This document shows positions 1 through 13,077 of a stretch of DNA of 64,000 nt, in pieces; the stretch's first letter is position 1, and every line of letters begins with the position of its first letter. Source of the DNA: Macrostomum lignano (lineage: Eukaryota). The notes under the pieces are model-generated. The model saw only the letters and a program-made list of their open reading frames with translations. It was not told the DNA's origin and made no database searches. Location of the stretch: contig NIVC01000196.1 of assembly GCA_002269645.1 (NCBI GenBank), positions 1-64,000 of the forward strand, read 5' to 3'. Made by a program: the position numbers and the translations under genes.

Positions 1-312
1 CACAGTATAACACCTATATTCACACAGTATCAAACCTATATTCACACAGTATCAACCTATATTCACACAGTATCACACTTACATTCACACTATATTACAC
101 CTATATTCACACAATAATCTCATACCTACATTCACAAAATCTCACACCCACATTCACACAATCCCGCACCTACATACACACAAGCTCACACCCACATTCA
201 CACAATCTCACACCTATATTCACACAATAATCTCATACCTACATTCACACCATCTCACACCCACATTCACACAATCTCAAACCTACATTCACACAATCTC
301 ACACCTACATTC
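1..312. repeat. Degenerate CA-rich minisatellite (cacacctacattcacacaatct-like) in a Hippo intron
   Basis: Repeated acctatattcacaca/acctacattcacaca units. Confidence 0.85.
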
Positions 313-315
313 ACA

Positions 316-428
316 TGTGAGAAGTGCTCAGCCCAGTACACACTGTGGCCAAAGACGGAATCGAACCCGTGTCACCTCGTCAGCGCGAGAGTCAGACACG
401 GTAACCGCTGATCTACTCAGCTGCCCCA
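316..428 (-). mobile_element. tRNA-derived SINE head (family A), running into the adjacent minisatellite
   Basis: Minus strand reads gggcagctgagtagatcagcgg (A box) ... gggttcgattcc (B box); no complete cloverleaf. Confidence 0.6.
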
Positions 429-495
429 CCACCCGAGCTGTTATTATCAACGGTCATCAACAGTAAAAACTGAAAATAGTTCAGTACAAACTCAC

Positions 496-1014
496 AGTAT
501 TCCTCTTAGCCATGGTGTCAGTGAGCTGTCCGGCAACACCAAAATCTGCTAATTTAGCCTGGCCCTGCGAATTCAACAGTATATTGCCAGCCTTAATATC
601 CCTGTGAATCTTGCGCCTCTGATGCAGGTACTCCAATCCTTTCAGTGTATAAGCCAGTACTGTGGCTATCTCCATCTCTGACAGGGTTTTACCCCTCAGT
701 CGCATAATATCTGACACTGAGCCAGCGCCGCAGTACTCCATTATAATCCACAGGTCAGCATCTTTGAAATAGCTGCCGTAGTATTTCACAATGTAGGGCG
801 AATCGCATTGTTGCATAATCGATATCTCTTTAATAATCTCTTGCAGATCTGTGTCAACTGGCACCTTCTTAATAGCCAAGGTGTGGCCAGTAGCCATGTG
901 TTCAGCCTTGTACACACTGCCATAGCTGCCTTTGCCCAGCTTGCTCACTATGCTAAACACTTCATCTGGTGGCTTGGCTAATGAAGCCTCATCCAGCTTC
1001 TCAAAGGCTGACAT
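496..1014 (-). CDS. hpo: Hippo/MST1-2 (STE20 family) kinase, first coding exon; later exons lie left of the window
   Basis: GxGSYGSVYKA, AIKK, DTDLQEIIKEISIMQQCDSPYIVKYYGSY, HRDIKAGN, DFGVAGQLTDTMAKRNT match STK3/4. Donor ACT|gtgagt at 495; 173 codons. Confidence 0.95.
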
Positions 1015-2991
1015 TGTTCACTTGTCTCACTGATGCTGGTCAAATATTTATACTGTCTTGACAGGCCTGTGAACTTAGGTAGCTAGACAGCTTAGTCTGA
1101 CCAGTGTCTGTCTGTTAGTCTTTAAATGTTTTGCTACTTTTGTAGCTAATTGCTGAAAAAGAATTGGTATTAATCAGGTGAGGTATATCTAGTATGTTTC
1201 ATATACTGAATATAACTCTTAACATAGTAATATAGATCTAAAGTGAAATTTGGTTTTTTAATTACAATTTGGTTGATATAATTAACAAAAAAGACAATAT
1301 GCCAAATGGCAGAACTAATTAATCATATATTTTTATATTCTTATATAAGATATTTTAATCAGTAAGTTCCTTTTGATAAAAAAGCTTATTGTTAGAAAAA
1401 AACTGGCATAGTCTATTTAATGAATAATTTCTAATAAATAAGCAAGCAATTAGTAAGTGACTAAGTTTAAAAATACTAAATTGAATTAATGTTACATCTT
1501 TTTTAATTTTATTGCTAGACTTTTATGATTTATTTAAGCATAATATATTATAAAATGCTATAATTTGCTAGGCAAGAAATTGAGCCTTGACCAATTGAAA
1601 TTCTAAGGCTATTGTATATTCCTATGTGAGTATATGCTTATATAAAGGACTATATTTAAATATACAGATATTTATTTGTATGTTTAAATGTTTTATTCAA
1701 TTTATTTTTTAATTTTTAAATAAGATTTAACCTTGTTTATCATTAGACATAGCTATATACCTTTCTTTATACCTAGGGATTGGTCTTTAAGGATGTCGCT
1801 TTAACCAAAATTAATATAATTTTATATAGAACTGAGCCTAGGCCACTAGTATGAGTGATATACTAGATAACTGAGCTATGCCAATAAAACAGCAAATATA
1901 AATATAAATATATCAAGACTTGATTTGGCATAAGATTTGAGTCTTAAAATCAATTATAATTAGATTATCTAATTCTAATTACAATATAAATATCATTTTG
2001 TACCTAAACTATAAGTTTAGATATGCCAATAGTCTAAAACTTGTGGTCTTTGCCATAAAATATTCTGGTATACACAAGGCCAAGGGACCCTTTAATGAAC
2101 TTGATACATATGATAACTGCTAGTATAAATCAATATGAGTTCTAAGAATTACATGAATTTGCTATGAAACATTCTATTTCTTGCATACACTATGCTCTAT
2201 AGCAGCCAAGATAGAATTCTTTTATTTAGTATATCCAATACAGGCATGCATTTTCTATTACATGCAAAATAGTTTCTAATAGAACTTGATAGAAAAAATT
2301 AAAGCTTTTTTAGAAAGGTAAATTCAAATTCTTGCCAAATTTGTTTTACTATAATACTATATATAAGCATAGTTAATTTTTGATTTATATGTATATATAT
2401 ATATGTATATACTTTTATTTGAAAGATTGCACATTAGCATTTTTAATAATTTTGCAATATATCTTGTTTAAAGTTTTGTCTTATAATTGCATTTTTAGTT
2501 CAATTGAAAAATGCATTGTATTTCTTCTGCAAGTTTTCTATCCTGATATAAGCGGTACTAGTCTAGAAAATTTAAATGAAAAAGTATATATTACTAAGGT
2601 ACACATATATATTTATGTATATGTATGTATTTATTATATGTTTTATATATTAAATACACTATTATATAATTATAATAATTAAATGTGGCCCCCATCAAGT
2701 TTTATTTTTCATATAAAACATATACATTATTATATTATAATTATATTTAGGAAGGCAAATAAGAGGTCAGGAAAAGCTAGGCCCTTAGTAAATTATGGCA
2801 GAAAATTCTAATATTGTATATAGACAAAAATGTAAGTGAATTGGTGCATTTAGCGCATAACAAAAGCCTAGTAGAATTTTTTAGCCCACAGTGGCATATA
2901 GCAAAAGCTGATTAGAAAAAATAGCTTATAATGGGTCACCTAAAATTTTATCCACATATCATTATATGCAATGTATACAAGGGGTGCGCAA

Positions 2992-3351
2992 GGGGGCCGT
3001 AGCCCAGCGGTAGCGCAGCTGCTCTGGTGTGCCAGCGACCCAGGCTCGATTCCAAGTGCACTCACATTAATTTGGGGCTGAATTGGAATCTTGGCTTGGC
3101 TCTGCTTGTGCAATTAACGGCCTTGAGAGCCAACCCCCCAAGGCACAGTGAAGTGTGTACAAGCCTAACGATAAATAAAGATAGAGCCCCTGTACACTCC
3201 TGTGTGAGTGTGTGCCTGCGTACGTATCTGCGCGCTTGTATGCCTGCTCAGGGGAGTTGGCGGAATGGGCAGTAATGCCTCTCGCCAGTTGTGTGCCAAT
3301 GTCGCTTAATGTGCTCCAGGGTGCACACAACCCCCCTGCCTCTAATAAAAA
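2992..3351 (+). mobile_element. tRNA-derived SINE family B, copy 1
   Basis: A box tagcccagcgg, B box ggctcgattcc, A-rich tail; TSD aaggggtgc(g/a)caa at 2979-2991 and 3352-3364; second copy at 32270-32627. Confidence 0.9.
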
Positions 3352-3424
3352 AAGGGGTGCACAAAAAATTTTGGCAACTGGGTTCCCAATTGCAGATGAA
3401 TTGTTAGTAAATCTTAAAACTTTA

Positions 3425-4449
3425 TTAAAGTCCTTCAATGTAATCTCTGCCACATTGTATGCATTTCTGGTGATGACGGATCCTTGCCTCAAAGGCAGCG
3501 TGGTACTCTGAAGCTGGCATGGTGTTCAGCTCTGAATTGATGCGGCGAGCCAGGTCTTGGGGCTGCTAAAAATGGCATCCAGCTATGCATTTGGTCAGCT
3601 TCGGGAAGACCCAGAAGTTGCAGGGTGCCAAGTCAGGACTGTATGGAGGGTGCAGTATCACCTTGAGCTTGTTATCGGCCAAAAAGCTTGTTGTCATGGC
3701 CGCAGAGTGGCTGGAGGTGTTGTTGTAGTGCAAGTGAATTCTGCCACTTTGGAGGTGGGTTGGCTGCTTTTCCATGACTGAAGCCACGACTTTAGGCAAA
3801 ACCTTGCCAGTATAGAATGTGGCATTGACATTCTGTCCATTTGGCACCATAACAACTGTCTCTGGCCCATTGATGCTGAAAAAGATGACGAACATCTGCT
3901 TCTGTGAGCGAAACCCAGGGCACAGATCAGTTGGACAGTCTTCATCAAAACCGATCCAAACCTTGTTTTGGTTCTTGTGAGGCACTTGGAAGTAGTAAAA
4001 CCACTTCTCATTACCAGTCACGACATCAGTAAGTCGTTTAGTGCCACCTTTTCCAAAGCATTGCAGAAATTCTTGGCTGCATCGAACCCTCTCCTGCTTC
4101 TGCTCTGCTGTGAGTGCATGAGGTACCCAATGGGCCATTACCTTGTGGAGGCCAAAAGGGTCATGCAGGATGGTTTGGACACTGCCATCAGAAATGCCAT
4201 TGTCTGGCTAAGTAGTGCAATGGTGATATTGCAATCTTCATCCACCAGCTGTTGCATAGCTACAATGTTCTGCTCGGTCACGGATGTCATTGGCCTCCCA
4301 GAACAAGGGCTGTCGGTCATGGAGTGTCGACCAGCACTGACCAATTCAATCTAATGGGCGACGGTGCAGTACGAAGGGGCCTGATCTGCTACAACTTGGA
4401 TTAGCTTGGCATGAATTTTGGTTGCGTTTTCACTGAGCTGCGATTGCAT
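3425..4449 (-). pseudogene. Mariner transposase pseudogene (stops and frameshifts)
   Basis: APSYCTV..SGRP HTH region, WVPHALT and YSPDLAP signatures, C-terminal KCIQCGRDYIEGL*; split over frames. Confidence 0.92.
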
Positions 4450-5487
4450 GAAAACATAAAATCTCCACTGATCAGCAGTGATATTTGCCATTTGAAGGCT
4501 GAAAACAAGACTGTATGTTAATCAAAATGCTCTAGGAAGCGAAAAAATCCATGCAATAAGCTAAAAATTTATGAACAAATGCAAAATATACTCAAATTTA
4601 TGAGATTAAAAAATGGTTGCATTTAAACGTTTACTTAAAAAGTTATGAGCCAGTTGCCAAGACTTTTTGCATATCCCTTGTAAAATGTTTTTGATACATT
4701 TTTTAGTTATCATAATTGATATATGCCAATTAACAATTGATCTTTGGTTTACATGCCATGACTAGAACAAATCATGCAGCTACTATCTTGCAACTCTGCG
4801 CTTGATCAGCTCTACTTGTGGCTTTTTTCTAAGTGAGCATAGAAGCACTATGTGGTATATATTTTTATGGCCAAGGGTATGCGAACAAATGCATACTGCT
4901 TGCAACAGGAAGCACTTATAAAAATTGGACTTTCATGGCACGAAAGCTAAAATAAGCCGTTAACTTTTAAGGCATTTGATTTTTAAACACACACTAATAC
5001 TTGTGAAAAAAGCAAAAGTGATACTACTTCTGAGACACCCCTCCTAATATTAAAAATTTAAATAGATTTCTTACTGATAGAATTTATAGTGTCATATCCC
5101 ATAGTCCAGACCATGACAGGCATATGCCGGAATGAAAACTCATGTTTTTTTAATTTTTTACCAACATAAAATTAAAAAATGTTTATACCAAGACTAAAAT
5201 TGTTTATATGCCATTTTTTAACATATATCTTTTTAGGAATTATTAACTTTTACTAAACTTTAAAACAGCTGTTTTTTGCTAAAAACTGATATTCTTATTT
5301 TAATATTGATTTTTGATTTTCTTGTGACTGCATTAATATTTTCTATTTTAGTTTCCAATTATTTTTAAACAGCTTTTGATGTTGGTTGATATTTAACTAC
5401 ACAATTACATTAGCCTTGAACTTAGCTATTTTTTGTACGTTAACAGTGTATACTTCATATTAAACCTGAAAATTCTATATGCCAAGT

Positions 5488-8223
5488 TAGTGTTCCGCCG
5501 TAATTACGGCTACGGCTACGGCAAATTACGGCTACGACACTTTTGAAGCCGTATTTTCATTATGGATTACGGTTACGGACATATTTTGAGCTTACGGTTA
5601 CGGTTACGGATTACGGAGATTTTTCTAGACTTGCCATAATTGGTAGCCGTAACAAAAATTATTTATTTTTAACTGTTTAGTGTTATAAAAGAAATTTTTT
5701 TATATCAACTTCAACCAGTTTTCATTTTGTTTTACTAGTTATTATTATTTTTTACATTTGTTAAGTTTCTAAATATCTACGAAAATTTTTGAAAATGAAA
5801 AACGAATTTTTTCCACGAATTTTCTCATTAGGCATACGGCATAGCATAGCATAGCATAGCGATAGCATGATAGCAGCGAGACAGAGAGAGCCAGTCAAAG
5901 CCTACAAGAGACTAAGAATCTGGCATTCTTATTTCTTAGCCAAATGTAGCATTTAGCTCCTTAGCATAAAAATAGGATATTAGATTTAGATTATGAGGAT
6001 AAGGATGAAAGAATATTAATAAGGAAATACTAAATAAATACTAATAGGATAAGAATATGAATTATGATTGAAAATTGATTGAAACCAAAGAAGACAATAC
6101 AATAGACAATGCAATAAAATGAAAAAGAAAAAATGTAACATATGATGTAGTATGTTCGTTTTAAAGAAAAAGACCTTTCCAATATAAGTATTAAATACGT
6201 TACGAAGCATTTCTAGGAAATATCATAGTTCAAATCTGTGCAAAAAGAAATCATTATTATTTTGTTTTACTGTTGTGAATTCAAATAATATTTCACGAAA
6301 TAATTTTTGTTTTAAATACATTTCATAACTAGTATAAATAGGAGTCCAGAATGGGCCTAAAGAAGCAACTTTGGGAGCAACCTGGGAGCAACCTGTCTTT
6401 TACCGCAAAATTGCGAGTTCTACTAAATCCTATTTGCAAGACTTAAAGACTTCTTCATTTCTTAGAGTAAAAGCCCCAATTGGGAGTATCAGAAACCGCT
6501 ACAAGCGAGAAACCGCCTCAGGGCAGTAAATTGTAAATTCGCCTCAGGGCAGGAGAACCGCCTCATAACGAGAGAAGATCGCCTCAGGGCAGAGAAAGAG
6601 CATAAGCTGTGACCCTCTGATCCAGGGAACGCCCAGGACTGAGAGAATAATATTAGGGGAAGCATAGGAATAGAATAGACAGTGCCAATAGACCGCTCAG
6701 GCCCGAAAGTACAATAGAAGTACATACGCTACCGATAGAAGTACATACGCTACCAATAGAAGTACATGCGCTACCAATAGAAAGACAATTAATAACCAGT
6801 AGAATTATTAAGGAGAAATAGCCTTATTACAACTTTGGTGGCACTTAGTGGTATTCTAGGTACACAGGAATCCCCCCTTGTAACAACTGTGGTGGCAGCT
6901 AGTACGGCTAGCAAAAGAATAATTAAGAGCCCTGGGACACATGCAATTTCTTAGTCATCGGAAATTTTGAAGCAGTTTTATTTGAACAAATTCATATTCA
7001 TTTAATGATATTAAACATACACATTGACCTTGGCACGTCAGTCATATATTTATATTGTAGCGAAACAAAACAGAATCACGACACAGAAAACTGAAAAAGG
7101 CACCAAGCACACAATTGCATACAACAATGCTAAAGAATACTTAGATAAAGATATTATATTTACGAAAAAATAAATGAAGGCTCATTCCATATAAGATGGA
7201 CATATTTGGAAAATAGAAAAAAGTCAATATTTTTGCTTGCCATTGCCTAATTAGCCTATTTTTTACCAAATGTTTATATTGTGCAATATATACAATCTAA
7301 GAATAAAGGAATGGTAAAATGTTGGATTAGTATGTTATCAATTGGCAAAAAGTCATTTTTGTAAAAATTTGGACATTTTTCGAAGCAAAAGACATCATTA
7401 AGATTTTGTACCTTTTAAAAACAAATAGAAAGCTTTTGAAGGTTGAAACAAACTATAGATAAAAGTATAGTACTTGCATCATCAGATAAAAGCATTGGTG
7501 ACCAAATAATCTATTATATTTTTAATGTATTAGTACCTCAAAGTTACTGAATTGACAGAAAAAAATATGTTACGACCATAATGTTATGACCATAAGGCTG
7601 CCTTTTCTTTTGTATCTTTGTTGCCTTTTGAGTTTATATATTCTAATAAAAGAGTATGATTTCTAAAGATGTTCTTAGTCAAATTTTAAAAATGTATTGC
7701 AAAATATCAAAAAATGAAAAATGTTATAAGACTTTTACCTTTTAGTTTCTATATGTCAAAAATCCTGTCGTTACAACCATAAGTGTCATTTAAGGTTTAA
7801 TAGCATCTATACTAATGATGATATCTATATGAAACTCTATAAATATATTCTAGACAAAATAATCTTTCATTTAAAATATTGGTTTAGTATATTCTATTAT
7901 TAGATTTCATTTTATAAGTAAAAATAACCTGTCATGTTACGACCATGCTTATATGGAATGAGCCTGAATGTTAATGCATGAACAAACAACAAGTAGGTTT
8001 TATTGCTATCCTTTTTATCCTTTTTATCTGTCCTTTTCTGTCTGCCCCACTTTTCATGCAAAAATATCAATTTTTGTTATACATTACGGCTACGGTTATG
8101 GCAAATTACAGTTACGGACTTTTTTAGCCCGTAATGACGGCAAAATTCGGCTACGGAAGTTGCTTCTTTCTTATGGCTACGGTTACGGTTACGGAGGTCA
8201 AAACTCGCGGCGGCGGAACACTA
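5488..8223. mobile_element. Non-autonomous hAT element
   Basis: 13-bp perfect TIR TAGTGTTCCGCCG; 8-bp TSD TGCCAAGT at 5480-87 and 8224-31; subterminal TACGG(T/C) repeats at both ends; no transposase ORF. Confidence 0.9.
7179..7964. mobile_element. MITE nested in the hAT element (Kolobok-like by GG termini and 4-bp TSD; superfamily uncertain)
   Basis: 17-bp TIR GGCTCATTCCATATAAG; TGAA on both flanks; internal gttacgaccat repeats. Confidence 0.75.
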
Positions 8224-10384
8224 TGCCAAGTGTACGCCAAGATTGTCAGCAAGAGCAAAATATACTAGAAAATTCTGGCATAAAGGCCACTTTCCAGACT
8301 ATGGGTCACATCAAATGTTTGAATACAATAGTATATGTAAATATAAAACTAGTGTGCGACATAAGTAAAATTAATTAATATTACTTAAATTAAAGTTAAT
8401 TTAAATAAAATAAAAGAACACATTAATTTAATTTTTAATGCAGTTTCCCATTTTTCAAACCAATAATAATTACTAGGGCCTATATAAAGAACAAGCTATT
8501 GAAACTTTTGGATTTTGAACCAGCTAAATTCCAATCTTTAGAACTATTTTTTCATATATTCCATTAAAAATAAATTATAATTATAATAATAATCACTTTG
8601 CTTGCATTTTTTCCTATGCCTATGGTACTTATTGGCTCAATAATAAAAGTAATCCTATTAATATTTTTAATAAATATAATAATAAATGCTCTCTGATCTA
8701 TTTAAATGCCAAATAGCCAATTTAAAAGCTATATACTACACCTTGTTGCAGATTGACTGTTGCCATTTCAACTGTCAGTGTCACCAGATTGACTAGATAC
8801 TATCTATGCCTCCCCTTATAATAAATCTGCCACTGCTCTATACTATAGTGTACAAAGATAAATAAGGAATGTCAAAAAATTATTAATACTTTCGTCTTTT
8901 TGGCAGGAATGCAAGCTAGGAATGAGACATTGTCATTAATGCCAATGGAGAATGGATCAAAGTCAAGTCAACAAATTTATTAAATATTTTAATTATTTGG
9001 TCTATATCTATGGGGGGCCTGATAAACAATAAACTCACAAAAAACTTTTTAAAGTGCCATCCTAAAGGCTAAATTATTATTTTAAACTATAAAATGGAGC
9101 AGCTTCTGAACAATTATAATTTATTCAAGAAACAACCGACCGACCGATATATCCATATTATAGTAGAAGACCACACCATAATTTTTCCTGCAAAAGCATT
9201 TTAAAACATATTCATATAATTATGGGCTGAATTAAGATTCAAACTTTATCTATGATAAGCTTCGAAAGAGCCTCTCTGTAAAAATTTGGACGTTTCTTAT
9301 TATTTCTTGCTTAATATTTTGTTTTATTTTTACCTAATATCTATAGGAAAAAAATTCAAAGTACACGAGGTCATTTGCTTCATATTTTGAAACAAGAATT
9401 TCTTTAGTCTAGAAGCATAAATTAAACAAATTCTCCTTTCGTTTCGTTATCATCACGTGTTGGAATGGAATCTGAAGTGTGTACATTTCGCACTCATTGT
9501 AGATCAGGTACAGTAGGTACGCATGCATAAATAACGAAACAAAGGGTCACGAACTGAAACTCAATTTGAGCAAGAAGTTTTATATTTGTTTAAAACAAAG
9601 ATGTGCTTTAATTTTTATTTGAATATTTTTTCAGCTGAAAATCGGGCATCATTTATGAATACTGCGGCCGCTGTAGACAGAATGTTTTAGCAAAGAATAG
9701 AGGCTGCACATCGTTGACCTGAATGAAGAAAAGCTTGTGTTTTAATCTTAAAAACAAATAAATATTTAGAAAGAAACTATAAGAAGATTGAGTCGTACCT
9801 TTTTCCTTTAGTGCGCATGCACTGACAGCTGTTCGCTTCTCTGTTACGTAGGATAGTGAAATTAAAAGAAGAAATATAAAAAACGAATAAAGTTTAAAAT
9901 AGAAATTAGTTTGCTTAAATTTAATCAAGAAACTGTAAAACAGGGCGGCACTAGAACGAAAAAAAGGCAGCCAAATGGCATGGAAAGCCAGGACTGAGCC
10001 GACTTAATCTGAGACTAGCATAGGAAAAAGGAAAAATTGAAATAATTTCCCAGATAAAAGAGCATTTCAAAGTTACAAAGAAAATCAGGGGTGGAAAAGT
10101 TTGCAAAAAAATCACGAATCGACCAGTCTGTCTGCATTAGGAAAAAATACTCGAGAAACTGAAGCGGAATACTCGATCAACAGAAGCTAAACAAAAAGTT
10201 AAGACAAAGTAACACAAAACTGAAACGAAAAGAGAAGATTAAGCAGCAAATTTTGATCAATCAAATACGAGAAGACAACTTTTTTCGTTCGGGAATGTTG
10301 CACGCAGCTGCATGCTTCGGCGCAACCTTGGGATTCACCTGGCCACACATGTAACACACACACATGTAAGTCCCTATTGAACAG

Positions 10385-10450
10385 AATAGTAGTCACGTGA
10401 CTGCTCTCAGCCAATAGCGACTTACATGTATGTGTTGCCAATAGAAACGG
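10385..10450. promoter_or_regulatory. Candidate promoter module (possibly the Hippo promoter)
   Basis: Palindrome GTCACGTGAC at 10392-10401 and two CCAAT boxes (about 10411 and 10438) in a CpG-retaining region between TMEM131 and Hippo. Confidence 0.3.
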
Positions 10451-11049
10451 CCGGGTGATTCCCAAGGTTGCGCATGTATGGACCTGCTGTGACGGGAAAA
10501 TAGTAGCAATTTTATTAACTGAAAATAACAACAGAGCAGAGCCAAAACAAGTTTTCGACGACACACCAGCAGACAGGCAGGGCCAGCGTGCCAAAGTTCC
10601 CAAGCGCTAATACCAGAGTACTCCGGTACTAAAGTACAAAAGTACGAATCGACTACTATAGGTGTTTCCGGTCAAGTATCAATATAATTCAGTTTAAAGT
10701 GCGTGGCAACAAGCCAAATTGCCAATTCAGAGATACGAAAAGACCAAGTCAAGTGCATCAAGTGCAAGTGAGTCTTCTCCTCGGTCAAATACGTCTTATC
10801 GATCGCTGCTTGTCCCCATCGGATATTCTGGCTCGTGTAGCAGCCATTTTACTGCTGAGTTGGATTGGCCTTTTGTATGCATCAGCGTTGATAAGCGCAG
10901 CTCTAATTGGCTAATTTGCACTTGGTTTGGGCTATGTTCAACTTGAGAGTTGGATATTGTACTCAGGGGCGTCGCCATGGATTTTATGGTGATGGGGGGG
11001 GGCAAAGCCAAGAATTCAACATGTACATGTAGATGACTAAATTTTAACA

Positions 11050-11190
11050 CTCCTTTTGGCGCCGCAGGCACTCCTTTTGGCGCCGCCAGGCACTCATTTT
11101 AGCGCGGCAGGCACTCATTTTAGCGCGGCAGGCACTCATTTTAGCGCGGCAGGCACTCATTTTAGCGCGGCAGGCACTCATTTTAGCGCC
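11050..11190. repeat. 21-bp tandem repeat downstream of the TMEM131 stop
   Basis: Unit aggcactcattttagcgcggc. Confidence 0.9.
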
Positions 11191-11390
11191 TAGCGCTATA
11201 TTTTGGCGCCTGAAGAAAAATTATTGATTACCACAACGACTCACAAGGTGGGGTGGGGAGGACAAGGTGGGGTGGGATTGCCATCCCCCCCCCGGTGGCG
11301 ATGCGCGCCTGATTGTGCTACTTGACCGGAAAAAACACCTACAAACCAGGCACAGGCCCGGCCCCGACTAGCTAACCCCAAGTTCGTGAG

Positions 11391-12079
11391 TCAGTCCTGC
11401 CGATCGGGGAAGCAGGCCCAGCCACTGCTGGCTGGGGCAGGCGAATCCCACAGCAGAGTCTCGCCAAGCAGCATCCGAGCCACCGGGTCGCTGCTGCTGC
11501 CAACAACGGCGCCGGCGTTTTCGTCATCGTCGGGATCGTTGGGGCCGCCGCTGCTGCCACTGTCGAGGAAGCCGCCCCAGAGACTGCGATTGGACAGCGT
11601 GGGCTCAGGCCAGGCAACAGCCTCCGAGCCGCGCCATCCAGACTCCTGCCGGGCCTCCTGCTGTTGCTGCTGAGTTGTCGCCGGCTGCAGCAGCTGCTGA
11701 CGCCGCAGCTCCTCGTAGTGGAACATCCGCTGCGACTTCTGCAGGGTGACCTGCGCCAGCTCTGAGAGCGGCCTCTCCTGGCACCAGGGCGCCACCAGGC
11801 CGGTTGGGGGACCTGCGACCTGGTGCAGCTGCTGCTGCTGTTGCCGCTGCTGCTGCTGCTGCTGGCGCTGCCGCTGCTGTAGCTGGTGATGACTGTTCTG
11901 TTGGTGATACTGGTGCTGGCGCAGCGGATGCCCCGGCCCGTATAAGCCAGCTGCGATTGGCTTCATTTGTTGTTGTTGCTGCTGCTGCTGCGGACTCGGC
12001 TGCTGGCCGATTCGCTGGTTGGCTTCCTCGGCTTCTTCTAAAGGAAGGGGAAAATCTAAGCTATGCTGAAAATGGTTTG
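11391..12079 (-). CDS. TMEM131: TMEM131 last coding exon (polyQ, low complexity); acceptor could alternatively be near 12057
   Basis: Phase-1 acceptor ctcag|CA continues the frame; ends in TGA at 11391. Confidence 0.6.
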
Positions 12080-12127
12080 CTGAGCTGAGAGACTGTTGGA
12101 GAAGAAGACAGTGGACAGAGACCAGGC

Positions 12128-12897
12128 AACACACAGCGGACAAACAGCACACAGCGGACAGACAGCAAAAAGCGGACAGACAGCAAAAAGCGGACAGACA
12201 GCACACAGCGGACAGACAGCACAAAGCGGACAGACAGCACACAGCGGACAAACAGCACACAGCGGACAGACAGCAAAAAGCGGACAGACAGCAAAAAGCG
12301 GACAGACAGCAAAAAGCGGACAAACAGCACACAGCGGACAGACAGCAAAAAGCGGACAGACAGCACACAGCGGACAGACAGCAAAAAGCGGACAGACAGC
12401 ACAAAGCGGACAGACAGCACACAGCTGACAGACAGCACACAGTAGACAGACAGCACACAGCGGACAAACAGCACACAGCGGACAGACAGCAAAAAGCGGA
12501 CAGACAGCACACAGCGGACAGACAGCACAAAGCGGACAGACAGCACACAGTAGACAGACAGCACACAGCGGACAGACAGCACACAGCGGACAAACAGCAA
12601 AAAGCGGACAGACAGCACACAGCGGACAGACAGTACAAAGCGGACAGACAGCACACAGCGGACAGACAGCACACAGCTGACAGACAGCACACAGTAGACA
12701 GACAGCACACAGCGGACAGACAGCACACAGCGGACAAACAGCACACAGCGGACAGACAGCAAAAAGCGGACAGACAGCACACAGCGGACAGACAGCACAA
12801 AGCGGACAGACAGCACACAGCGGACAGACAGCACACAGCTGACAGACAGCACACAGTAGACAGACAGCACACAGCGGACAGACAGCACACAGCGGAC
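12128..12897. repeat. 18-bp intronic minisatellite
   Basis: Unit acagcggacagacagcac. Confidence 0.95.
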
Positions 12898-12925
12898 TCA
12901 TCAATGCAAGTTCGCAGAGCTTTAC

Positions 12926-13077
12926 CTCTGCGCAGTCTGGGATGCGTCATCATCGGCTTAACAACGGATGTCTTTGGCTGCTGCTTGCACTGCAGCGGCT
13001 GCAGCGGCACGGCCCTGACAGAGACAGTTGGCACCGCCGCAGACTGCTGCTGCTGCTGAGCCTGCTGCGCAAGTGAT
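12926..13077 (-). CDS. TMEM131: TMEM131 exon (cytoplasmic tail)
   Basis: Acceptor ttccag|A (phase 2), donor AG|gtaaag (phase 1); SLAQQAQQQQQSAAV.. Confidence 0.65.

Larger units (their letters stand above)
2978..4680 (-). mobile_element. Mariner DNA transposon, full length but decayed; left TIR interrupted by a SINE
   Basis: TA at 2976-77 and 4681-82. With the SINE removed, left TIR caaggggtgcacaaaaaattttggcaactgg matches right TIR (rc) caagggatatgcaaaaagtcttggcaactgg at 25/31. Confidence 0.9.

Noticed and set aside
2380-2682. Short AT-rich ORFs (also 6016-6210, 9653-9928, 38334-38823, 42178-42552)
   Set aside because: Low-complexity F/I/Y/L-rich chance frames with no motifs
2992-3065. tRNA genes (also about 350-428, 32555-32627 and 54215-54287)
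   Set aside because: A and B boxes are present, but acceptor stems are incomplete and they continue into SINE bodies or tails
12056-12904. Cys-rich (CAVCPL)n and (LSVRCV)n ORFs resembling metallothionein or keratin-associated proteins
   Set aside because: Translations of an 18-bp minisatellite that is open in several frames
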